Assembly: GCF_001194135.2 (NCBI RefSeq)
Contig: NC_068987.1
Coordinates: forward strand, 84,417,390-84,459,998
Source of the DNA: Octopus bimaculoides
Taxonomy: Eukaryota
Length of the DNA: 42,609 nucleotides
Direction: 5' to 3'
How positions within the stretch are numbered: position 1 is the first letter of the stretch; each line of letters begins with the position of its first letter. The position numbers and the translations under genes were made by a program. Below, in pieces: positions 1-10,390 of the stretch. The notes below the pieces were generated by a model. That model was not told the DNA's origin and did not search any database. It saw nothing but the letters and a program-made list of their open reading frames with translations.

Positions 1-220
1 GATCTGTGTCCTTATATTTTCGAACAAGGGAATCTGACACCCCCACTCAGCTCAAAACAATATCCGCGTGTCACGATTTCCGGGTTATTTCCCTTCATCA
101 GCACAGAATAATTGTTCGGCTGATGAAGGAAAATAACTCGGAAATCGTGATACGCGAATATTGTTTTGAGCTGAGTGGGGGTACTAGATTCCCTTGTTTG
201 AAAATATAAGGACACAGATC
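1..220. repeat. Long inverted repeat / near-spacerless palindrome (102-bp arms)
   Basis: 1-102 is the reverse complement of 119-220 at 94/102 positions, with no indels and all 8 differences transitions. The centre (106-117, gaataattgttc) is itself near-palindromic. It may extend left of the window. Confidence 0.97.
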
Positions 221-1606
221 GTGTCGCATAGCCAGCTGGAGACGATGTCTCCTGGGGCTAAATTACAGCAACATTCGTCCTAAACCAGGACTGCCATGTT
301 ATGTTGGCAAATAATCTTTTCTCCAAAGTACTGTTGCTGAATATCTCTCCTTATGAGATTTACAAATAGTAATTTTCTAATACGACATTTTCAACACTGT
401 TTCCATCCACCGAATTTCCTCACAAGGAATTTGTTGGCTGCTGCTATAAATCATGCCTTAACAATTTTACAGAAGATGAACATAGTGAATAATCTGATCA
501 TTATTGAATAATGTAGTCTTAGATTCAACGTGTCTCGAAATAAGAGTGGGTGTTAGTGGTTGAAATGCGTTGGATTACGGTTGACCTGTTGCTAAACAAC
601 AACAGCAAACGAAATATCTTCTTCAAATCACCCAGCATATATTTCTCTCCTTCGCAACGTAGAACAATCGATATTTCCTCCAACTTGTTTCTAGATTAAC
701 GTATTTTGCCTTAAGCAATTATGAATACACGTTAAAATTATTAACAACACAAATTTATTCGCTTCCTTCAGGTTAAATGTGCATCTTCGGAGACAACTTG
801 GTTCATAAAATGTGCAATATTAGAGAAACAATTATAAACATAGACTTAACAGATGACTATTATAAATTAATACCACGTAATCTTGCATAAATCAACTTGT
901 AAACAAGAACCTCAAGAGAATATCAAATGCTGTAATGACCAATGTCTCCAGTTGATGATAGAAACAAAATTAATATTTTTAGTACTTCTATAATTATAAC
1001 TTCATATTGTTTCCACCCTTCATAAGCAATTTAAGATAAAATACAACCTAATCAGTTTATCGTAATATGTCAGCTATTATTATTATAATTTCACATAATT
1101 TCAGGTTTAAGACTTGGCGCTTCATTCTTAAATCAAATGTCACAAACATTTAGCACAATTAATCAATCATTTTTATTCTACCGTTAATGAAATTATTTCG
1201 GTGGTATTTAACAACATATTTTTTGTATTATTTCCTGTTAGTGTTCAATGTCGGAAACCATATTTGTTAAATGCCTTCAAGAACTGTTCATATTGTATTC
1301 CTGCATTGAACTCTATCAATGCTCTGTAATAACCGACATTTAAAATTTAAAAAAGACAAAGAAAACAACACAGAATATTATTCATAATACTATTTTTAAA
1401 CGTTCGAAATTAAAAGAATTTTGTTAAAAAGCCGAAATTCTCGCTAATTTCAAAATAATATAACGACTGCTTACAAATATTTCCTCCTATTTATTTACTC
1501 ATCTGTATATAAATATGACTGTTCGATCATCCATGTGTTATATCAATATTGATTTAAGCTGTGTCGTGTGATAAACTGTTAATTGCTACCTAGTTTAGTT
1601 TTGCAG

Positions 1607-1708
1607 TTAAAACATCTTCAACCATTTACGAAGCAAAAGCAACATGGAAAGCCAAGTGTATTATTCACTACAGAAGCTTTTCTCCCTAAGAATATAGAAA
1701 ACTTAATG
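1607..1708 (+). CDS. Candidate internal coding exon, unknown product
   Basis: Acceptor tttagttttgcag before 1607 and donor ATG|gtgaga after 1708. It is 102 nt, open in phase 0 (LKHLQPFTKQKQHGKPSVLFTTEAFLPKNIENLM). No recognised homology and no partner exons found. Confidence 0.22.
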
Positions 1709-2706
1709 GTGAGAAACGAAACTTTTACTTTTATGTGAATAAGTGTGTCTAATGTTAAAAGTGATACACAACATGAGTCAATTTCCAAAACAAACGAGCT
1801 CCACAATGAACTCATATCATAGATTAACGCCTAAATTAAAATACTTACGCCAACATTGATTTGGAGAACGGATGAACACAGTTAATTTCTACATTTTTAT
1901 TTGGATTTCTTTTATTAATATTTAATAGAAGCAACAGAATATCGCAAAGATTGGGAGTATCGCGCATTAGCACTTATTAAATGCACGGACTATCGACTCG
2001 TCTCTTGATTCAATTTGTTGCTTTTACAAAATATTAATAAAAAATATGTACATACTCATGTTTTGAGTTCTATTTTCCCTGTTTGCATAGCTAAACTTGT
2101 ACATTCTTACTTGACAATCCATCAAAATATATGGCTGATCAATGAGTCAGTCGCATACGCACTTTCTTTAATGTAAGCAACTTTTTCAATATACACTAAT
2201 TTACGCTTTATACGATTTATTTTACTGACGTTACTGCAAAATTCATTGTACATTTTAAACCACGAAAAGACAAACATATCCATAATAAATAAGTAGACAA
2301 TATATTTTCTTAGAATCATCTGAGAATACAGAATGTCTATAACTTTGTTTACCTTGTCAAAGAAGAATATAATTTACAACGTATTTTATCTTTTCTTTTT
2401 TTGACTGTGATGATGATAGAGCAGCTTCTTGAAGGATACAGTCAAACAAATCAACCCTAGTGCTTCTGTTTAAGTGTATTGTGTATTCTGCAGGTCTCTC
2501 TGGCTGAGTGACTACGTTACGTGTACCACCACTTGTTGTGAAGTGCCGGTGGAAAACAAACACAATACAGAACACACATACACAGGCGCGCGACACACTC
2601 ATACATGTGTATGTATTTATATAAATATATATATATTTATGACTGTGTGTATATATAGATAGATGTACATGTATATAATGTACACACACACATATAACTC
2701 GTACAT

Positions 2707-2852
2707 AGTTTTCGTCCACCAAATTCATCCACAGCATATTGATCGGCCATTGGATATGATAGATGACATTTATCCAAGTTGTTGCGCATTGGGACCGCAC
2801 CTGAAACCACAAGGTTGCAAAGCGAGCGTATTAACCACATAGCCACATTCAC
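2707..2852 (-). mobile_element. tRNA-derived SINE, family B, degraded 5' part
   Basis: Reverse complement reads gtggctatgtggttaatacgctcgctttgcaacc...ggtcccaatgcgc...gatgaatttggtggacgaaaact, colinear with the copies at 12076 and 23595. Confidence 0.7.
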
Positions 2853-4068
2853 AGGTGAGAAAAGCAGTGGATATAACACTTTATGAAGTGCCGCAGATGT
2901 CGAAAGGTTAACTAAGTTGTCGACTTCTCCCGTATATATTCAACAGACTGCATTCAATTAAATGCACCCAAATCCAGATATTGTATTGTATTGAAACTGG
3001 CTACGGATAAGGTGTAAAAATCAAGAAATTCAGTCTTGGATTTAACTACAACAGAAAGAGTTCTAAAAAATACGTCAACACGTCATGCGACGCTTCACCG
3101 ATTCCGCCCGTCCATTTCTTTGTATGGTACTCAATTCACCTCGGAAAATTGAAAAAGGCATAGTTGAATTCAGCAGAAGTTGATGTTTGAATATAAGATG
3201 CTGGGAAAATACTGCAACTAATCAAGGCTTAGGAACCACAATCTCAACTTATTCACACATAAATGTGCAAGTCCCTTTAATATATCACCCATGGATTCAA
3301 GGTTTGTTAGTAAAATCGGGTAAAAGAAGACTGTCTAGAATGTAACCAAATGTGCAGAACATAAAATTCGAAGGGAAAAGTAGGTCACACTACCTCCTTA
3401 TGACTCTAGTTAAGAATTATGTTAGAGTCACAATTTACGCGGCATTTTCAGTTACATTATTTTTCATAGGGTTCAGCGTTTCTATGTGAGGATAAAATGA
3501 ATACATATCGGAGAAAGTTTAAAGAAGTCCTATTTAAATTCATCAAATCAACTAACCTTTTTGTCAAATATATACATATACCCTATAACTAGCATAACTA
3601 CATGTGTCTGTACAGGCTCATACTCACGCACAATCATTCATATGCATATTTTAACATAGAAACATAAATACCATGTGAATTTGCAGCCAATATATTCATG
3701 TACACATGTGTGTGTATGTGCGTGTGTGTGTGTGTGTGCGTGTGTGTATGTCTGTGTGTAAATGTGTGGAAAAAGGATATATGATACGATAAATAATTAG
3801 ATAGATTGAAAGAAAGAAAGGAAGAAGTACGTACACACACATATACACATATGTAAATGCATGTGTGTCTGTCCGTTGTTATGTGCCTGCTTGATTTATA
3901 TGCAATACACAAATATTATAACTAAAAGACATGGTACAGTTCTATATTTAAGAGATGAGGAATTATGTACATTATTTACATTATTTTCATTCGACGGATA
4001 TTTGTCCCCACAGGTATACGAGCGCGGGCAACTAAACCCAAGATTCCGACGTCGATTCCAGGCAGTTA

Positions 4069-4072
<4 letters not shown>

Positions 4073-4146
<74 letters not shown>
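4073..4146 (+). repeat. (AAT)n microsatellite, about 24 units
   Basis: Direct reading; it explains the poly-Asn in ORF 3965..4291. Confidence 0.98.
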
Positions 4147-4147
<1 letters not shown>

Positions 4148-4187
4148 CTTAGGAATGAGAATCTAGGTTCGAAATTTTCCAAGAAAC

Positions 4188-4224
4188 CTGATGAAGGCTG
4201 GAGGGTAAATCAGCTGAAACGTTG
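4188..4224 (+). ncRNA. Minimal hammerhead-ribozyme-like motif
   Basis: CTGATGA(4188-4194)-A-GGCTG/CAGCT helix II (10-nt loop)-GAAA(4216-4219), with palindromic AACGTT at 4218-4223. Confidence 0.6.
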
Positions 4225-5274
4225 CGTTAACGACAAACGAGATGAGGACAAATATCCGTCAAATGTGAATAATGTAAAAGACATGGATTAATGAAATGTT
4301 ATTGATTGTACCGATACAACATATTAATCATAGGTATTGAATAGGATGTAATGAAAATAAAAGCAATTGTTTTTCCACTAAATTATGTATATCTTGTTCG
4401 AAATATAATGCTATAAAGCATATCTAATACCTTGTTTTATGATCTTTTTACATCTCATACAAAAAAATGACAGTTACTCTTTTCGATCTGCCTCCACTTT
4501 ACTTCAAGATAAACGAATATATTGCCTACGTTATTTGTGAAATATTCAACCTACTATTTATTGACACTTATTTGAGAAAAAATATTCATAAAAGACTACA
4601 ATTTAGAATAGAATCTAAGATGAAATGAAATAAATATCTAATTGGTATATTTTGCATGATATTTTTATTGGTAAGCTGACGGTTTAAAAAAAGAATGAAA
4701 TGGTGCTATACATGATTACTTATGACTAGAAATGTTAAGATATCTGCAATCAGCAAGAGTAAAACATATGATATATATATATACTGTTCATATATATATA
4801 TATATTATAGATATAGAAGAGATTATCTCCCTTACAATAACTAGCCTCCGGAGCACACCATGTATTTATATTGTTATTCATTCATTATTAATATTCTTGC
4901 ATGTAAATTGCATAACATACAAATATTAATTTAAAAGTAGCATAAAATTTGAATTTGAAACAACCTTTTCTCACTTCATTTTATGTAAATCTGAGGCCAT
5001 TAGATTTGCATAATTTAACTATTTAGTAGTCAATAGTAGAGACACCATGCATCACGGGCTTCCTTAGAAGCTACAATTTGTATTACACATTCAGTAGGTT
5101 GTTACATGTGTTTTTCTTATATTTTGGGTTATTTTTTCATATTCAAGCAGTAATTGGTTATAAAGCAGCAAAGATATGTATTACTGAAATAACTTTAGAG
5201 GAATAACTTGACAAAGAATATGCAGCAAAATATGCAAGATTTCAAAACTAACAAATACGTAAAGCAATATTGTG

Positions 5275-5481
5275 TTCAAATTTCTGCACAAGGCCGGCAA
5301 ACTCTGGAAAGGGGCTAAGTCGATTACATTGGCCCCAGTGTTTAACTAGTACTTATTTTATCGATACCGAACAACGAATGGCAAAGTCGACCTTGGCGGA
5401 ATTTGTAATTGGAATGTAACGATGGACAAAATGCCGCTCAATGTTTTGTCCGGCGCGGTAACGATTCTGTTGTCTCACTGG
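5275..5481 (-). mobile_element. tRNA-derived SINE, family A
   Basis: cacaagg...gtcgattacatt...ttttatcga...ggcaaagtcgaccttggcggaatttg...acgattctg is colinear with the copies at 36435, 38736 and 38970. The tRNA-like head is on the minus strand. Confidence 0.85.
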
Positions 5482-5571
5482 CAATATTAAAACGTAAAAA
5501 TATATGTCGATTTGGAATGTAAACCACGTCATATCCGTAGCATAGCCTGAAGGATTTCACAACATGTCGGG

Positions 5572-5905
5572 TAAAGGGTAGACGCCCCATTCGGATACGA
5601 ATAACCATGGAATTGTATCTAGAAAGTTTTCCTCCGTTGCACAAGTTTGGGCAAGATTGTTTGTGGAAGACCAGCAATCACCAATGCATATCAGTCTCCA
5701 ATCTCCACGCCACCGATGTTATCCAAAGGAAAAGCAAAGAGGCCGATACAGCTTGGCGCCAATGACGTCGCAACTCATTTCTACAGCTGAGTGAACTGAA
5801 GCAACGTCAAAAAGTGGCTTGCTCAATAACACAACACACAGCCCAGTAATCGAAATCAGAACCTGACAATTGTAAGCCCGACACCCTAACCACCGAGTCA
5901 CGTGC
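5572..5905 (-). mobile_element. tRNA-derived SINE, family D
   Basis: Minus strand starts gtgactcggtggttagggtgtcgggc...gttctgatttcgattac (A/B-box-like), followed by about 250 nt of body. Confidence 0.75.
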
Positions 5906-6293
5906 TTTCATTGACAACATACCATTGTTACGTTATTGTCACTGAAATATGCTTAATGAGAGAAAATGTAACAAAGAAATGAAAAAAATTGAAGGACTGA
6001 TGGATGCAGGTGAAGTTAAAGTTGCACATAGACACGAAACAGTCAAAAGCTTCCATATATTTTAAGTATGTTGAAAATGTTAAGAAACACCTGGGTGCTA
6101 GTACAGATACGTAATTAAGAACTTTGCTTCCGAAAGTAACGATACAACCTCAAGGCAACTGTCTTGTGCAATGGCCGCGGGCTGATAAACACCTTGTGAG
6201 GGAAAATATCATAATCGGAAAGTGAAGTGAATTTCTGCGTCTATGTTGACGAAATCAGCTTTGATGATCAAAGTACATTATGCCGGTGTATAC

Positions 6294-6328
<35 letters not shown>

Positions 6329-6904
6329 AACAAAAAAACTAACGAAAGCTTTTCTGTTATATATATATATATATAAATTCAAAAAAGGATAAAAAATATA
6401 TTACATGAATTTTATCAGGTAGTCAGTGTGTAAAAAAATTCATAGGGGAAATTTCTATTCCCAAGAATATAATTATTCGTTTATATTTATATAGGGACAT
6501 TACTATAGAATAATTCCACGCAACAGATTCGATTGCAACACACCTAACTTAATACACACACATATTTCGATCTTAAAAAAATATGTATGAAGCATAAATA
6601 TGAACGAAAAGACCTGAGCAAAATACTCCCCCCCACTCAAAACAAGTGTCTTTCAAGATTTATACCAAGCCTCGGATGAATCAAAGATCACCTGAATCAT
6701 CCCCATACAAAATGTGTGTATACACCTTTCTTAATATCAATCCGACAGTCGCTTTTGTGATTCAGCTTCACTGTGGAGGTGTAGCAAGTGGAAAACATGT
6801 ATACTTGAATATCAATATTTGGCGTAACTCATTTTCTATTTCCACTTGAATTTTATCAAGTCTCTAGTTCCTAAAGTATTTTATAACATCAATTTTCTAT
6901 GAAG

Positions 6905-7530
6905 ATAGAGTTCTTCAGGAAAGCTGAACGCTGAAAGCCATTAACTATAAGGAAGACGATTGATCCAAAGTGGTAGGCGACTTCAGAGGTTTTATTGTTT
7001 TGATGGTAAATATCACTTCACACCGACCATCTCACATAGTGAAAGGAAAGTAAAGTAACAAAGATGGTTGAGTTGACAGTTCCCTGAGAAGCGATCATCG
7101 AATATTCTTAGGAAAGATAGAGCTACAGTGAGTTAGTGAAAACAATGGATGGGCGGCAGTATGCCTTCCTGAAAAGATAGGAGTCAAAGAAATTGTTGGA
7201 ACCAGTGTTCACTTGAGACTCAAGAGATTTGAATTCGCAGCAAAGGAAAGAAAAGACGTTGCCAGAAAATTGTTGGAAGTCACAGTGAAAGTAAACCATT
7301 ACATCTGTCTCAAGAAAAGGGATGTATGATGCAGCAAGATCGTGCACTGAAGATGATATGAACACCTGGGCCAGAGTTGCAACATCTGACCCAGTTTCAA
7401 AGTTCGTGATGTACGGGAGTTGTGTCTCCTATATCGGTGTGTACTTCCAAGCAGCTTCAGAGTTGCATCTGTTGCATTCGGTAAGGGAAGACAGCAGAAC
7501 ACTCAGCACACGGATGTTACAATAAAAATG
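6905..7530 (+). mobile_element. Degenerate 3' end of an RLE non-LTR retrotransposon (HERO-like)
   Basis: Frameshifted translation gives MVELTVP*E (7064-7090), then SYSELVK, then NNGWAAVCLPEKIGVKEIVGTSVHLRLKRFEFAAKERKDVARKLLEVTVKVNHYICLKKR (stop 7327-7329). This matches the ELTVPWE...GW...PVEVG.RGF...WLW.KR pattern of HERO-type restriction-like endonuclease C-termini. Probable 3' UTR runs to AATAAA at about 7521. Confidence 0.7.
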
Positions 7531-8689
7531 ATTATCTTAAGAAAATCATTATTCTTGTTGTCTAATGATTAGTTATTTAACTAGAGTTATCGATGTATTG
7601 TCTATAATGGACTATACTATGTCACGAATATTCCACTTTACATTTGTATTGTGTACACCGTGTTTGTACATGTAAACATCTTTTACACATCATTCGTATA
7701 TACACAAAAACCTATGCACGCAACCACCACATATCATATGTGTGTGTGTGTGTGTGTCTCTCTCTTTATCTCTAATTTGTGTGCGTGTGCGTATGTGTGT
7801 GTATGTCCGCGCGTTATCTTTCATCTATGTGAATAATTTTAGAATGTAGATTTTATTGGCAATATTGTAATTTTATAAATGACAACCGTAAACCTCACAC
7901 TAAAATGCTATTAATAATTCATGTAAAAGCTATATCATTATTTTCTCCAGGATAAGATGAATATGCTTGCTTCTTTGCTTTTTTGACATCGCTATTTAAA
8001 AAAAAATATTCTGGATTTTCGAATTTTCTTGTAATGAAGGTCTTCTTGTTGAACGAAATGTCAATAGAGAAAGTCAAATATTCAAATATATTTATGTTTT
8101 GTGCCAAACATGAATTTAGAAGTGAAAAAAACTGATGATGCACACATTTACATGGAAAAATAACTGCCTTTCCTTCTAACATTCGTTGCATCTTCGGAAC
8201 ATGATTGTGATGATTGAGTGCAGCAGATTGTAATGATCTGAGGTCGATTCTGAAGAAAGCATGATATATTTTGAGGAAAAAATAACTCTTTATATGTTCG
8301 CTAGAACAACTGTTTATTTAGGTGTTTCACTTCGCACGTGCGCGATTACGTGTTCGATCACTTTGTGTTTCATAATGAGTTTTTCGATGGCATCACATAC
8401 GTAAATCTAGCAAATCATGATTGGTGCTTTCCTGTCATTTATTATCAGCAGGGTATGTGCTGATAGATCACCATTTCTTTTACTCTTATTCACCTTTCTC
8501 TCACTTTCTCTCTGGTTCTCTCTCTCTCTCTTCTCTCTCACTTTCTCTCTGAAGTTTTTCTGTGAACCCTTGTTTTCCCCAGGGTTCGTTTGTATCCTTT
8601 AGATTCTTCGGTTAGGCATCATTGACCCATATGTCATCACATTCAGCAATGCTCATGTTTATATAGATGACACTGATCACAGGTCTAGC

Positions 8690-9915
8690 GCTAGTCATCC
8701 CATTGTATCTTTGGCCGTAATGTATAGCACATTAAAAAAACACCCCGAATATGTGAAATTTGAGGTGGACAAACTTTTACGTGAATTCCGATAAGGGAGA
8801 TCATGCCTTAATCAGATACTAATGCATCGAATAATGATCGAACACTCATTGGAAAGAGACACTTCTTTGTGAGTGGTATTTATCGATTATGAAAATAACT
8901 TTTCCAGTGAGGAAAAGGGACATTTGAAATTGCTTCGACCTTTTGGTGTCCCCGATAAAATCATTACTTTGGTCAGGGCTGCTTGTGAACGATCAACATG
9001 GCAATTTTTAGATGATAGAACCTTGATGCAAACCATTCACTGTATGGACGGCTGAGACAAGAATATCTGCTATCACTTTTCCTTCTCTTATTGGTAAGTG
9101 ACCAGATGATGAAAAACTATCAAAGCACATCCCAATGGAGTACAACAAGTCTTTCTTTAGCTACTTCGAAGATATTCTCTTCACCGGATATGTTACTCTT
9201 TTCTCCCAACGCTCTGTAACATGGAGGCGGAGGAGGAGGAGGACATCACAGTGAGCAACTATAGAACTTTGTTTCAACCGAAAGCATGAAAGTGCACATG
9301 ACCAGCGAGGTGTGTTTCACAGTCAGAGAAGAAACTGAAGATGTCAGTGATTATCATTAAGTTGGACAGAACGGGTCAGGAGATAAAAATTCTCTTAAAT
9401 AATTGGGAAAGCTACGACTGCCTCCAGCATGCTCCGACCGATCGGTAGACCTCAGACCTAGTCAAGAAACACATAACTCGTGATGTTTAACACGAACGTG
9501 AATATGCTTCGGCTGTACTCGCAGGAAACCGAACGACTCATGAAGCTGTCCATGGACGAGCTCCAAAATTTTTGCAAATAGATATCTGGAACATTCTTCA
9601 AATGAGATAGCAAGATAGGTTCACAAAAGAAAATGCTTTATTGGAACAGGTGAAAGATTAACTTATCGAGACCCATATCAATAGGACAAAATGAGGCTGG
9701 CTGATACATAACTAAGAAAAACGCTTCCATCATTACAAGGCAAATCACCCGATGGATACCTGATGGGAGAAGCACGCATGATAGACCAAGAACAGCATGG
9801 AAAGGCTTAACAGAGACCGAAGCACTGGGGAGAAATATAATTTATAGCCAAAAATCGAGGCAGATAGAAATATCTTGTAGATGCCTTTTGCTCTTCATGG
9901 AGTCCAAAGAATTAA
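8690..9915 (+). mobile_element. Degenerate RTE-clade LINE, RT to 3' end
   Basis: EFR*GRSCLNQIL..RIMIEHSLE, VVFIDYENNF, LLRPFGVPDKIITLVRA; later FNTNVNMLRLY, ITRQITRWIPDG, LVDAFCSS. Many stops and frameshifts. Confidence 0.85.
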
Positions 9916-9945
9916 AAAACATGATGCAATAGCCAATATATCATT

Positions 9946-9985
9946 GAATTCTGAAAACGTTTGTGAGAATTCTGAAAACGTTTGT
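9946..9985 (+). repeat. Short tandem duplication (19 bp identical, period 21)
   Basis: gaattctgaaaacgtttgt at 9946-9964 and 9967-9985. Confidence 0.9.
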
Positions 9986-10257
9986 TGGCGCTTCAATTGC
10001 CGTATGGTAGGATGTGTTTTATAAAAGCATTTTGATTTTATCAAATTCTTTCTGAATTAGATGATAAAGTAATGTCTTATACTATTAATGCAATATGTTT
10101 GAACACATTTTTTATCAGTTCAAATATGCTTGGAATATATTTGAACCTGTTAGAAAAATATCCACTGCATTTTGTCACGGAGAAAAATTTCTCGCTTGAA
10201 CATTTTCTTGCTTGAATATGATAGAACATACAATTTTCAAAATAAGTGTTTTTAGCT

Positions 10258-10390
10258 TAGGCACAAGGTCTGAAAATTAGGATAGGTAATTATTTGATGT
10301 TGCCGAACACAGTACTTTGTTGGTACTTTATTTTATGGACCCTGAAAGAAAGAAAGACAAATTTGACACTAGCAAATTTAGAACCCACTA
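10258..10390 (-). mobile_element. SINE family A, degraded 3' part
   Basis: taggcacaaggtctgaaaatt...ggtactttattttatggaccctgaaag...aaatttgac is colinear with other family A copies. Confidence 0.65.

Larger units (their letters stand above)
3935..4277. mobile_element. Penelope-LTR-like module with inverted ends around (AAT)n
   Basis: 3976-4010 and 4243-4277 are inverted copies (31/35). The interior has (AAT)n and a hammerhead-like core. The Penelope assignment is inference from the motif and the inverted arrangement. Confidence 0.6.

Noticed and set aside
25-45. Arm sequence (tgtcagattc / gaatctg) resembling P4 of the CPEB3 HDV-like ribozyme
   Set aside because: No P1, P3 or P1.1 pairing can be built; short coincidental match.
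266-339. Cloverleaf as a tRNA gene
   Set aside because: Linker lengths are wrong, the middle loop is 8 nt, and there are no A/B boxes or TTCG loop. Kept only as a structural finding.
5994-6045. CTGATGGA...GAAACAGTC hammerhead-like text
   Set aside because: Core is non-canonical and neither helix I nor helix II closes properly.
6095-6215. Very degraded SINE family B heads (also about 16560-16620)
   Set aside because: Similarity is too patchy to give defensible boundaries.
7322-7525. 67-aa ORF MYDAARSC... and CTGAAGA at about 7347
   Set aside because: It lies in the presumed LINE 3' UTR, has a stop just upstream and no recognised homology, and no GAAA or NUH completes a hammerhead.
8200-8255. 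Box C (GTGATGA) / box D (CTGA) snoRNA candidate
   Set aside because: Too short between the boxes and no convincing terminal stem.
9335-9380. CTGAAGA-TGTC/GACA-GAAC-GG-GTC near-hammerhead
   Set aside because: It has GAAC rather than GAAA and lies within RTE coding sequence; treated as chance.
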